A stretch of DNA of 37,326 nucleotides from Octopus sinensis (GCF_006345805.1 NW_021836802.1:1-37326), one strand, 5' to 3'; positions 12,520 through 22,760 are shown, numbered from the stretch's first letter. Made by a program: numbers and translations. The notes: generated from the letters alone by a model not told the origin.

Positions 12520-12683
12520 GTAATTATTTTATTTCGTATATTTTTCACTTGTTTATTGCTATGGTTTTGTGTTGAGTTTGATCTGAGAACATAATCTTTT
12601 GTGGTGAATGGCGATTTGACGTCTATATCTAGCATGTTGGACTGTCCACTTTTCGTGTTCAGTCCTTAATTGGTATATATTAT

Positions 12684-12761
<78 letters not shown>

Positions 12762-12843
12762 CATACATACGTACATACATATACATATACAAACACACAC
12801 ATATATATAGAGAGAATAAGTAGTAGTAGTGGTGGGGGGGTTA

Positions 12844-12879
<36 letters not shown>

Positions 12880-12929
12880 AAGTGTATTTTCTAAACTAAT
12901 TTTAAAGTTTATCAAATACCGATAGAATA

Positions 12930-13040
12930 AATAATAGGCTTGCAAAGAGTAAGTCCTGGGGCGGATTTGCTCGACTAAGGGCGGTGCTCTAGCATGGCCG
13001 CAGTCAAATGTACTGAAACAAAAAGAATAAAAGAAAAGAA
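12930..13040 (+). mobile_element. SINE family C 3' fragment
   Basis: GATTTGCTCGACTAAGGGCGGTGCTCTAGCATGGCCGCAGTCAAATG. Confidence 0.75.
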
Positions 13041-13188
13041 TATATATATTGTTTCAATTATTAGGCTGCCGCCATCTTGGGGCGTCGTCTTGAAGAATTT
13101 CGAATCGATTGAGTCAAACCCGATACAATTTTTAAAGTTGGTACTTTTGCCGAAGCACCGTGTTAGGTGGGGGCCGTAAACATATCTA

Positions 13189-13420
13189 TACCTATTTCTT
13201 TATTACCCACAAGGGGCTGAACATAGAGGGGACAAACATGGACAGACATAGGTATTAAGTCGATTATATCGACCCCAGTGCTTAACTGGTACTTAATTTA
13301 TCGACCCCGAAAGGATGAAAGGCAAAGTCGACCTCGGCGGAATTTGAACTCACAACGTAACGGCAGACGAAATACCGCTAAGCATTTCGCCCGACGTGCT
13401 AACGATTCTGCTAGCTCATA
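13189..13420 (-). mobile_element. SINE family A
   Basis: Near full-length match to the copies at 2391-2623 and 4524-4742. Confidence 0.85.
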
Positions 13421-13934
13421 CCGGTTGAGAAGCGGTGGTAGGGGACAAACACAGGACTCTTGGATCGGTACATACTTTTGTCGACCACCGAAAAGGCCAC
13501 CGTAAAGTTCATTTCAGTGGCATTTGAACTCAGATTGCGGACATATAGAACGAATAATGCGAGGCAGTATTACACACCCTGAATAATCTGTTAATTCGAA
13601 AATTTAAAATTTGTCCCTTTTCGAAAAAAAAAGAAGAAAAAAAAGACAGAGAAAAAACAAAATGGTGTCGCTTACATAGTAATTAGTGTCATTTCTATTT
13701 CAGACTTAAAATAAAACCGACGTTGTTTACTACGTTGCTCCCTTGTACGAGAAATATCTTTCCCCTTAATCATCCTTTCTCATTTTCAAGAGGGAGAGAG
13801 AAACAAAGGGGACAGTATGAAGACAACGATGTCACCACACAGAATCCCACCTCGAGCCAAAATCTATGCACGCAGCCACTAAGCTTGCTAGGAATGATGA
13901 CTAAATTTCTCCCAGACAATATCTTCTTTCTTTA

Positions 13935-14150
13935 ATCTTTTATCTTTAAGCTTCTACTTGTTTTCGTCACTCAACTACGGCCATGGTGAAGCAACCGCCT
14001 CGAAGGGTTTAGGGAAGAGAATAGACGTCTCTATACTTCTATATTTGTTCTTTCTAAAAGTCTGGTACCTTACCGGTCATTTCTGTCCAACTCCTAAGTT
14101 ACGGTGGGTATGAACAAACCAAATCACTTATCAGAGATCAAATACAAATA
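13935..14150 (-). mobile_element. SINE family C 3' half, degenerate
   Basis: Reverse-complement remnants of the AAAGA tail, GGCCATGGTG-AGCA-CCGCC and CTAAGTTACGG. Confidence 0.5.
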
Positions 14151-14164
14151 CACACGCATACGTA

Positions 14165-14181
14165 CATATATATACATATAT

Positions 14182-14223
<42 letters not shown>

Positions 14224-14286
14224 ATATAAATATATATATATAATATATATTATATATATATATTATATATATATATATATATATTA

Positions 14287-14324
<38 letters not shown>

Positions 14325-14336
14325 TATATATATACA
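14165..14336. repeat. (TA)n microsatellite
   Basis: Directly visible. Confidence 0.97.
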
Positions 14337-14595
14337 CTTGGTGTAATTGATAATTATTCCAAATTAATTAATTTCACCCTTCATTATTACGGATAACCAT
14401 ATTTTATCTCAGTAGATGACCACAGCATTTTGTTTTGGCTACACGCGGGTGGGAAGGGGCTGGTGACACAATCTTTTCATTCACGCATTGAATTGGTGAT
14501 ACTAGTTGCGGATTCTAGCTCGCTCTGATACTGAGTTGAGTTGGTGCCTTCTAGTATCTCAAAATTCAATATATAATCATTTATGATTATAGTAT

Positions 14596-14695
14596 TCTAC
14601 GCTGAAGAGAAAAGAAGTTTTGGTAAGGTAGAATTATTTAATATTTAATTCTTATGCTTTCCTAAAAACTTGATTTCGAAACGTACGTCCGTAGA
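14596..14695 (+). ncRNA. Type I hammerhead ribozyme, canonical core, long stem II
   Basis: Stem I TCTACG/CGTAGA; CTGAAGA 14602-14608; stem II closed by GAAA/TTTC with AAGTTTT/AAAACTT and AGAATT/AATTCT pairings; GAAA 14678-14681; palindromic stem III ACGTACGT; GUC, cut after 14689. Confidence 0.85.
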
Positions 14696-15188
14696 TAACT
14701 TAAAATTGTATGATAGATTGCCGTCAATTCATTCTCTCTTACCTGTTTGTGTCTGCCTTCCAATTGCTGTTTTTACTGAGATCTCCCTTTTTAGTAGAAG
14801 AAATAGCTATAACCTTTTGACTGCTATTTCTAAATTCGGTATGTGGTAAGGCAATTCGTTGCTAAACCCTTTATTGCTTAGTATTACTTAAATTTTCCTC
14901 GAATGAGGCTTTTAAATGCCGAAGACTACTTGGTGTAATTGATAATTATTCCAAATTAATTAATTTCACCCTTCATTATTACGGATAACCATATTTTATC
15001 TCAGTAGATGACCACAGCATTTTGTTTTGGCTACACGCGGGTGGGAAGGGGCTGGTGACACAATCTTTTCATTCACGCATTGATTTGGTGTGATACTAGT
15101 TGCGGATTCTAGCTCGCTCTGATACTGAGTTGAGTTGGTGCCTTCTAGTATCTCAAAATTCAATATATAACATTTATGATTATAGTAT

Positions 15189-15288
15189 TCTACGCTGAAG
15201 AGAAAAGAAGTTTTGGTGAGATAGAATTATTTAATATTTAATTCTTATGCTTTCCTAAAAACTTGATTTCGAAACGTACGTCCGTAGA
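15189..15288 (+). ncRNA. Type I hammerhead ribozyme, second intact copy
   Basis: CTGAAGA 15195-15201, GAAACGTACGTC 15271-15282, CGTAGA 15283-15288; cut after 15282. Confidence 0.85.
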
Positions 15289-15473
15289 TAACTTAAAATT
15301 GTATGATAGATTGCCGTCAATTCATTCTCTCTTACCTGTTTGTGTCTGCCTTCCAATTGCTGTTTTTACTGAGATCTCCCTTTTCTGTAGAAGAAATAGC
15401 TATAACCTTTTGACTGCTATTTCTAAATTCGGTATGTGGTAAGGCAATTCGTTGCTAAACCCTTTATTGCTTA

Positions 15474-15512
<39 letters not shown>

Positions 15513-15972
15513 GCAATTGTCTATGCAGATTTATATAATTAGAAAATAATATAAATAAAGTGTTAAAATCTGAAAGTTAAGTTAACAAGCAATTATATAA
15601 AAAAGATAACGCAAATGAAGCTGAAATGATAATTTTATAATTTGGGTTTTATTGAAGAACTCAAAAGAGTTGTCTCCCCTTACTCACAACACAGGAACTG
15701 AAGAACCAGGACACAATTACTACTACTTCCTGTCCTGCAAACATGCTGAATTTAACAACACAACACATGCTCTTAATCCCTTTGGATCTTAACACCTCAA
15801 GGTAATTTTTTCGTAAACAACCATAAAACTCAAGATACACAACGAACTCACAATGTATCGGAGAACTTATTTTTTAATTTTTGTACATTTTTATCATTAT
15901 TCTTTTACAAAAAACAATGCAATTTCTTTTTTCCCCTTTCTAATTTAAAAAAAAAACTTTTTAAAACATAAA

Positions 15973-16011
15973 ATTCTTGACAAGTCATACAATGACGAAA
16001 ACCGGTTGAAT
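15973..16011 (+). ncRNA. Hammerhead-like motif, variant core UUGACAA
   Basis: ATTC-TTGACAA-GTCAT(ACA)ATGAC-GAAAA-CCGG-TT-GAAT; stems I, II and III all pair; extra A and U17 are non-canonical. Confidence 0.5.
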
Positions 16012-16149
16012 AAATATATATTTATATATTTTATCAATTTCTCATTTTATTAAAATTTTCTTTCATTTGAGCATTCTGCATTTTTAAAAAATTTTCCTTA
16101 CTTATCATTTCTCCACGTGCGGTCAACACAACCCCACCATTTATTGATC

Positions 16150-16216
<67 letters not shown>

Positions 16217-16466
16217 TATACATCTTTTTTTTGTTTTGTTTTTTGAAATTAGATTTTTCATCTTTAAATATGAGAACTTAAATAATAGGTTTCATTATAT
16301 TCAATTGTTTATAGAGGTTATTTTAGTTCTTGATTATATATAGATTATATATAGATTATATATAGATTATATATATATTTTTTCATTGATAAATTTATAT
16401 TATTTATATTTTTTAGTCATTTCAAATATATATCTTTAAAATATTGATTATTTTTAGGTCTGAAAA

Positions 16467-16512
16467 CCACCTGATGAATGTCCTTAGAAGTGACAAGAAA
16501 CAATTGTAGTGG
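16467..16512 (+). ncRNA. Minimal type I hammerhead ribozyme, canonical core
   Basis: CCAC-CTGATGA-A-TGTC(CTTAGAAGT)GACA-A-GAAA-CAATTG-TA-GTGG; palindromic stem III ACAATTGT; GUA, cut after 16508. Confidence 0.78.
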
Positions 16513-16704
16513 ATAACTTAATTTTATTTAATTTATATAAAATTTTTTATGTATTGGATTAAGTCTTTCTTTGTTTGATTTGCATAATAGTGGTTTTGTC
16601 TCTAATTAATATTATATAATATTTTACTATAAAATTGGATTCAATCCTAAATCTGATTTTTCCCTGTAAATTTGGATTTATTCCCTAATATTTATTATTA
16701 TTAT

Positions 16705-16753
<49 letters not shown>

Positions 16754-16754
<1 letters not shown>

Positions 16755-16911
16755 GAGTAGCTGTGTGGTAAGTAGCTTGCTAACCAACCACATGGTTCCG
16801 GGTTCAGTCCCACTGCGTGGCATCTTGGATAAGTGTCTTCTGATATAGCCCCGGGCCGCCACAATGCCTTGCGAGTGGATTTGGTAGACGGAAACTGAAA
16901 GAACCCTGTCG

Positions 16912-16978
<67 letters not shown>

Positions 16979-17202
16979 GTGGTGTGTGTGTGTGTGTGTG
17001 TGTGTGTGATGTATGTGTTGTGTGTCTGTGTTTGTCCCCCTAGCATTGCTTGACAACCGATGCTGGTGTGTTTACTTAGCGGTTCGGCAAAAGAGACCGA
17101 TAGAATAAGTACTGGGCTTACAAAGAATAAGTTGCTCGATTAAAGGCGGTGCTCCAGCATGGCCGCTATCAAATGACTGAAACAAGTAAAAGAGTAAAAG
17201 AG
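16754..17202 (+). mobile_element. Full-length SINE family C with internal (TA)/(TG) microsatellite
   Basis: Head GGAGTAGCTGTGTGG, B box GGTTCAGTCCC, CORE-like GGCATCTTGGATAAGTGTCTT, (AAAAGAGT)n tail. Confidence 0.88.
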
Positions 17203-17234
<32 letters not shown>

Positions 17235-17246
17235 CATTCATATATA

Positions 17247-17509
17247 TAGTGGTTGTATACTCTCAACTCAACGTGACAGTCCCCTAAGGGAATTACACCG
17301 CCGCCGTTTAGCCCTAAGCACCTGAAGACATATGTTTCTGAATGCACTCAGAAATATATGTCTTCAGGTGCTAGTCCCAGCTGGCGGGGTTGATTGCCCT
17401 CCCCCCCTTTGCAAATGTAAGGACACAGAAAATGTGTCAAAGGGCTAAATGGCGTAGGTGTAATATCCTTACGGGACTGTCACGTTGAGTTGACAGTATA
17501 CAACCACTA
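17247..17509. mobile_element. MITE-like element with ~70-bp imperfect TIRs and internal 25-bp hairpin
   Basis: TAGTGGTTGTATACTCTCAACTCAACGTGACAGTCCC...TTTAGCCCT versus AGGGCTAAA...GGGACTGTCACGTTGAGTTGACAGTATACAACCACTA; TA on both sides; hairpin 17317-17372. Confidence 0.7.
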
Positions 17510-17565
17510 TATCGCTCCACCACCGCTCATGTATCTCTGATACATTTAGAAATTCAATATTTCTA

Positions 17566-17607
<42 letters not shown>

Positions 17608-17609
<2 letters not shown>

Positions 17610-17748
17610 GACGGCCTTCTTTCAGTTTCCATCTACCAAATCCACTCACTTTAATCGGCACGAGACTATAGCAGAAGACACTTGCCCAAGGTGCCAGGCA
17701 GTGGGACTGAACCCGGAACCATGTGGTCGGGAAGCAAGCTACTTACAG
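17608..17748 (-). mobile_element. SINE family C 5' half
   Basis: AAGACACTTGCCCAAGGTGCC, GGGACTGAACCCGGAACCATGTGG. Confidence 0.8.
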
Positions 17749-17857
17749 AAAATGGATGCGTCGCGTTCAATTAAACTGTTAATGATATATATATATATTA
17801 TATATATATATATATATACGAAAGAAGGTTTGAAAATGCAATTTAAAAGATGTTTAT

Positions 17858-17902
17858 TTACTTAACCGGTTTTACTCTTTGGAAAAAGATTGTCAAAAGT
17901 AA
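17858..17902 (-). ncRNA. Hammerhead-like motif, variant core UUGACAA
   Basis: Minus strand TTACTT-TTGACAA-TCTTT(TTCC)AAAGA-GTAAAA-CCGG-TT-AAGTAA; same architecture as 15973-16011 with different stems. Confidence 0.45.
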
Positions 17903-17937
17903 CATAGAATATTATGAATTCAAAAAATTTTTTACAT

Positions 17938-18225
17938 AATTGCCACATTACATGTATATATACAGTCTTTGGTAACAGGGACTTGTTAAGGACATAAAGA
18001 AGTACAACAGTGTGATGAGAATATTTGAAAAAATGGGCAGAAAAGAATAAAACAAATATATTATTGGAAGTTTGGTTGCGTTAATTATTGGTTGTTGCAA
18101 ATTGCCACATTACATGTATATGTACAGTCTTTGGTAACAGGGACATGTTAAGGACATAAGAAAGTACAACAGTATGATGAGAATATTTGAAAAAATGGGC
18201 AGAAAAGATTAAAACAAATATATTA
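17938..18225. repeat. Direct duplication of ~126 bp, period 162
   Basis: AATTGCCACATTACATG...AAACAAATATATTA at 17938-18063 and 18100-18225. Confidence 0.9.
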
Positions 18226-18592
18226 TACATCTCAGGTTCAGTACAGAATATTATGAATTCAAGGCGAGCTTGTTTACTGACCTGTCCGTTTTAGCAGAAA
18301 TGTAGAATTGAAAAAGATGTACCCATTTTTTTCTTTTTTTGGCTTTCCTTCACGCATCAATGATTTTGGGGTTAGGATGAGGTGAATATGTGTGTCTCGC
18401 TGCGTGTATGTGTGCGTGCATACACATACATGTGGTGTGAATAGATGTGTCTGTGTGTCTGTAGTATTTGGTCAGATGGTGTCTGTTTGTCAAGTGTGTG
18501 TGGTTGTCGTGGTGTTGCGTGTGCGTGTATGTGCGCGCGCGCGTGCGCAGGTGCATGCGCGTGTACGCATGCATGAGTGTGGATGGCATTTG

Positions 18593-18628
<36 letters not shown>

Positions 18629-18649
18629 GCATGAGTGTGGATGGCATTT

Positions 18650-18688
<39 letters not shown>

Positions 18689-18914
18689 AAGCAATATAGG
18701 ATGAAGTCCTTACTCTACAGCAAAGGAATTCATCAGGAAGCGGGGCAGTATATTTAAAAAAACCGTTACGGTTGCAAATATATCATATAATTAAGGGCTA
18801 AAGAGGGTTATTCTAAAGCCAAATACACTGTTTTATCCACTTATAATCCGCTTGTTACAGGAAAATTGAAACTGAAAACGGGCAACTAACCTTTAGAAAA
18901 TTTAAATTTCGTTA

Positions 18915-18977
18915 CTCTATATTGAATCAATTTCGGACTGAATCTTATAAAAAAAGATTATATTCCCTTCAGTAGAA
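18915..18977 (-). ncRNA. Type I hammerhead-like motif
   Basis: Minus strand TTCTA-CTGAAGG-GA...TCC-GAAA-TTGATTCAA-TA-TAGAG; A9 apparently missing; AUA triplet, cut after 18920. Confidence 0.6.
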
Positions 18978-19404
18978 ATTTCGATGGGATATAAAAAAAT
19001 ACTCACGTATGATCATGGAAAAAGCACAAGCTAAAAACATAACTACACTTGAGTACATCATTTATATCTAAAAATAAAAATTCTTTGGTCAGCCTCAGAA
19101 AACAACGTCCAGACCTTTCGCCGCTACAAATTGTAATGGTTACCAGTCCTCCTGTAGCAAGCATCGAGTTACTACTAAGCAATATAGGATGAAGTCCCTT
19201 ACTCTACAGCAAAGGAATTCATCAGGAAGCGTGGGCAGTATAGTTAAAAAAAAACCGGTACGGTTGCAATATACATCATATAATTAGGGCTAAAGGGGTA
19301 TTCTAAAGCCAAATACACTGTTTTATCCACTTATAATCGCTTGTTACAGGAAAATTGAAACTGAAAACGGGCAACTAACCTTTAGAAAATTTAAATTTCG
19401 TTAT

Positions 19405-19465
19405 CTCTATATTGAATCAATTCGGACTTAATCTTATAAAAAAAGATATATTCCTTTCAGTAGAA
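19405..19465 (-). ncRNA. Type I hammerhead-like motif, second copy
   Basis: Same fold; core reads CTGAAAGG and GAA, single-base losses relative to canonical. Confidence 0.5.
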
Positions 19466-20416
19466 ATTTCGATGGGATATAAAAATCAATACTACGTATG
19501 ATCATGGAAAAAGCACAAGCTAAAAACATAACTACACTTGAGTACATCATTTATATCTAAAAAAAAAAATTCTTTGGTCAGCCTCAGAAAACAACGTCCA
19601 GACCTTTCGCCGCTACAAATTGTAATGGTTACCAGTCCTCCTGTAGCAAGCATCGAGTACTACTAAGCAATATAGGATGAAGTCCCTTACTCTACAGCAA
19701 AGGAATTCATCAGGAGGAAGCGTGGGCAGTATATTTAAAAAAACCGTTACGGTTGCAATATACATCATATAATTAAGGGCTAAAGAGGGTTATTCTAAAG
19801 CCAAATACACTGTTTTATCCACTTATAATCCGCTTGTTACAGGAAAATTGAAACTGAAAACGGGCAATATATATATATATATATATGGGTACAGAATATC
19901 ACCAACCTTGCAAATAACTTTGAAATACGTAAGCAACAAGAAAAGAATAAAAAAGAGGACGAATAAATACAAAGAAAGGACCCTTCATCAGTTGTCGGCT
20001 GTCTATCTACTCCTCATTTCGAGCATTCAACGACAATGATATGAGTCTTCAAAGGCAGTTGCTCCTATAAATTCTAAAATGAAATTTTAGGATTTATGGA
20101 AGGTCAAGTTTGGAAACAAAAACAGGACAGTGGGGACATAGAAGGAAACTGAACGAAAACAAAGATGGAGGGCTGTTAGACCAGAACAAGAGGTAAATAT
20201 TGAACCAAGTGTACACCGCTTGACAACCGGTGTTTGGGTGTTTACGTCCCGTTACTTAGCAGTTTGGCAAGAAGGCCAATAGAATATTACATCAAGCTTA
20301 AAAAGAAAATAAGTACTGTGGTCGATTCATTCGACTAAATTTCTTCAAGGGGGTGCCACAGCATGGCCGCTGTCTAATGATAGAAACAACTAAAAAAATA
20401 ATCGATAAAAGATGTA

Positions 20417-20844
20417 GGAGTGGCTGTGTGGTAAGTAGGTTGCTTACCAACCACATGGTTCCGGGTTCAGTCCCACTGCGTGGCACCTTGGGCAAGTGTC
20501 TTCTACTATATCTTCGGGCTGACCAAAGCCTTGTGAGTGGATTTGGTAGACGGAAACTGAAAGAAGCCCATCGTATATATGTATATATATATGTGTGTGT
20601 GTGTGTATGTGTGTGTGTGTATGTGTGTGTGTGTTTGGGTCTTTCTTTGGCCCCCCAACATCGCTTGACAACTGATGCTGGTGTGTTTACGTCCCCGTAA
20701 CTTAGCAGTTTAGCAAAAGAGACCAATAGAATAAATACTAGGCTTACAAAGAATAACATCTGGGGTTGATTTGCTCGACTAAAGGTGGTGCTCCAGCATG
20801 GCCACAGTCAAATGACTGAAACAAGTAAAAGGGAGTAAAGAGAG
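20417..20844 (+). mobile_element. Full-length SINE family C
   Basis: GGAGTGGCTGTGTGG head, GGTTCAGTCCC B box, CORE-like GGCACCTTGGGCAAGTGTCTT, tail; a degenerate 3' half lies just upstream (~20215-20400). Confidence 0.9.
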
Positions 20845-21126
20845 TATATATACTGTAATCTTAGATATACGACAGATTTCAATAGGACGAGATGGTCGTA
20901 ATCAGAACGCTTTTGTACAAACTGCTAAACGAGGAATGATTGTCGAGGTCCACAGCAGCATAGCTACCTCATCTATGGGGTCATATTGACATGAAAGAAC
21001 AAACACTTAAACCTGGCTCATGTTTTGTAATTGGGTTCAGCAGAGGTCAAATGTGTTTATTACTTCTAGCGATCAATGATAGCGCTGATCTTGGCGTTGA
21101 AAAGAGATGATAAAGATAAGATAGGT

Positions 21127-21702
21127 ATGTTGAAGATAAGACAGACAGAGAAAGAGAAGGCTATGGATGACTAAAATTGGTTTCAAACCGGAAACGGAGG
21201 CTCCAATCTGTCCTGCCCAAGAGCAAAGATTAAGAGCGGATTACCGATATACAGCATCTCGAAACAGTCCAGAAGCTGGCTACCCGCATGGTTCATGGTC
21301 TCAAAAATTTGTCCTACGAAGAAAGGCTGAGGACGCTCGACCTTTATTCTCTTGAAAAACGCCGCCGCCGTGGTGATCTCATTCTCGCCCACATCATCAT
21401 AAGCGGAAAGTGTAACCTCTCGAAAGAGCTGTTCTTCACTCCTGCTCCAGAGCGTCGGCTGCGGGGTCATTCCGAAAAGCTCTACCTGCGACGATTTCAT
21501 CTCAATCGAAGGAGAGGAGCTTTCTCCGTCCGGGTTGCGGATCCGTGGAACAAGCTGCCAGACGAGATGGTAAAGATGCCGACGACCGCTTTGTTCAAAG
21601 CCTCCCTGGACCTCAAGTGGCCTGAACTCTTTACATGAACACCACCCTGTACTTAACTCCATGTCCCCCTACATGGCCTTGCTATTTGCTTTTGAGCCAA
21701 AT

Positions 21703-21746
<44 letters not shown>

Positions 21747-22760
21747 ATCAAATACAGAATAGACAACACATCAAAAAGTGGTAAGTGCAGAAACTGTGGA
21801 CAAAATGGGGAAAACTGTATGGCATATTGCCAATCAATGTACGCCACTAGCCCAGAAGGAATATAAGAGACGTCCTGACAATATAGCAAAGATTGACCAT
21901 TGGACACTTTGCAACAAGCATGAAAATAGGTGGATAAAGAAAAGCATGCATGAACAATTTCAAAGGGTTGTTGAAGATAAGATAGTCAGAAAAAAAGATG
22001 GCTATGGATGACTGAAAGTGATTTAAAACCGGAAACGGAGGTTCTAATCTGTGCTGCCCAAGAGCAAAGATTAAGAATGGATTACATCAAATACAGAATA
22101 GACAACACAGCAGAAAGTGATAAGTGCAGAAACTGTGGACAAAACGGTGAAACCGTATGGTCTATTGCCAATCAATGTACGCCATTAGTCCAGAAAGAAT
22201 ATAAGAGACGTCCTGACAATATAGCAAAGATTGACCATTGGACACTTTGCAACAAGCATGGACCTGAGAGAGAAAAAAAGCGATGCGAACATAAACCTGA
22301 AGACATAATCGAAAATGAAAATGCAGAGATCCTATGGAATTTTATGATTCAGTGCGACCACGAGACAGATAATAGGAAGCCAGACACACAGTGTTAATTG
22401 AGGAAGAAAGCAAACGATGCTGGATCATAGGGATAGCATACCCAGCTGACAACAAGGTATGCAATAAGGAAGAAAGAAAAGTTGATAGATATAACAGGTT
22501 AGCTTGGGAAGTTAAGCAGCTGTAGTCGATGAAAAAAGTGGTAGTAGTAACAATAATTGTCGGAGTAAAAGTGAGTAAAAATCTTGAGAAGTATATGGAA
22601 CAAATAGGTGCTGAAATAAAAGTGGGGGAATTTCAGAAAACAGCACTGCTTGGAACCGTTCGAATACTACAGATGGTGCTCGAAAAATAAGGGGTTTTAC
22701 CTTAGTTCACTTGCACTGAACAGCTGACGCTTTAGTACATATCCAGTGATGGAAGTAATG
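21127..22760 (+). pseudogene. Decayed R4/Dong-type LINE C-terminal region, internally duplicated
   Basis: KPETEVLICAAQEQ, KCRNCGQNGETV, KEYKRRPDN, ILWNFMIQCDH, RKPD; first copy 21127-21925 interrupted by CR1, second copy from ~21925; followed by (AAT)n. Confidence 0.8.
21245..21746 (+). mobile_element. 5'-truncated CR1-clade LINE
   Basis: LETVQKLATRMVHGLKNLSYEERLRTLDLYSLEKRRRRGDL...RGHSEKL...FSVRVADPWNKLP, stop at 21638; 3' UTR hairpin CCATGT/ACATGG 21659-21676; (CTAA)n tail; host GATTAC|ATCAAA is contiguous in the duplicate copy. Confidence 0.9.

Larger units (their letters stand above)
11623..12680 (+). mobile_element. Penelope-type non-autonomous element / retrozyme-like family 1 (inverted arm plus ~1.6 tandem units)
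   Basis: 11623-11854 is the reverse complement of ~12034-12263; direct unit starts CATTTGAAAG at 11855 and 12356 (period ~501); one HHR per unit; (TA)n on both flanks; no ORF. Confidence 0.75.
14337..15476 (+). mobile_element. Retrozyme-like family 2 (head-to-tail ~592-bp tandem, one HHR per unit)
   Basis: Unit starts CTTGGTGTAATTGATAATT at 14337 and 14929; copies nearly identical; (TA)n on both flanks; no ORF. Confidence 0.8.
18685..19866 (-). mobile_element. Retrozyme-like family 3 (~488-bp tandem, ~2.4 units)
   Basis: TACTAAGCAATATAGG at 18685, 19173 and 19661; one minus-strand HHR-like motif per full unit; (TA)n on both flanks. Confidence 0.72.

Noticed and set aside
15520-15960. Penelope GIY-YIG coding remnant upstream of the variant HHR
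   Set aside because: Only a weak WILTPQG resemblance; no convincing motif or open frame.
17317-17372. Hammerhead reading of the MITE hairpin
   Set aside because: CTGAAGA and GAAACATATGTC occur, but they pair with each other in the hairpin and stem I cannot form.
19090-19235. Second CTGATGA (minus) in family 3 units with a distant GAAA
   Set aside because: Stem I does not close and there is no valid cleavage triplet.
14337-19866. CRISPR-like or prokaryotic repeat arrays
   Set aside because: Repeats are long contiguous tandem units without unique spacers; no cas or other bacterial genes.
19975-20045. CTGATGA on the minus strand next to a TTGTCG/CGACAA hairpin
   Set aside because: No correctly placed GAAA, stem III or NUH triplet in the window.
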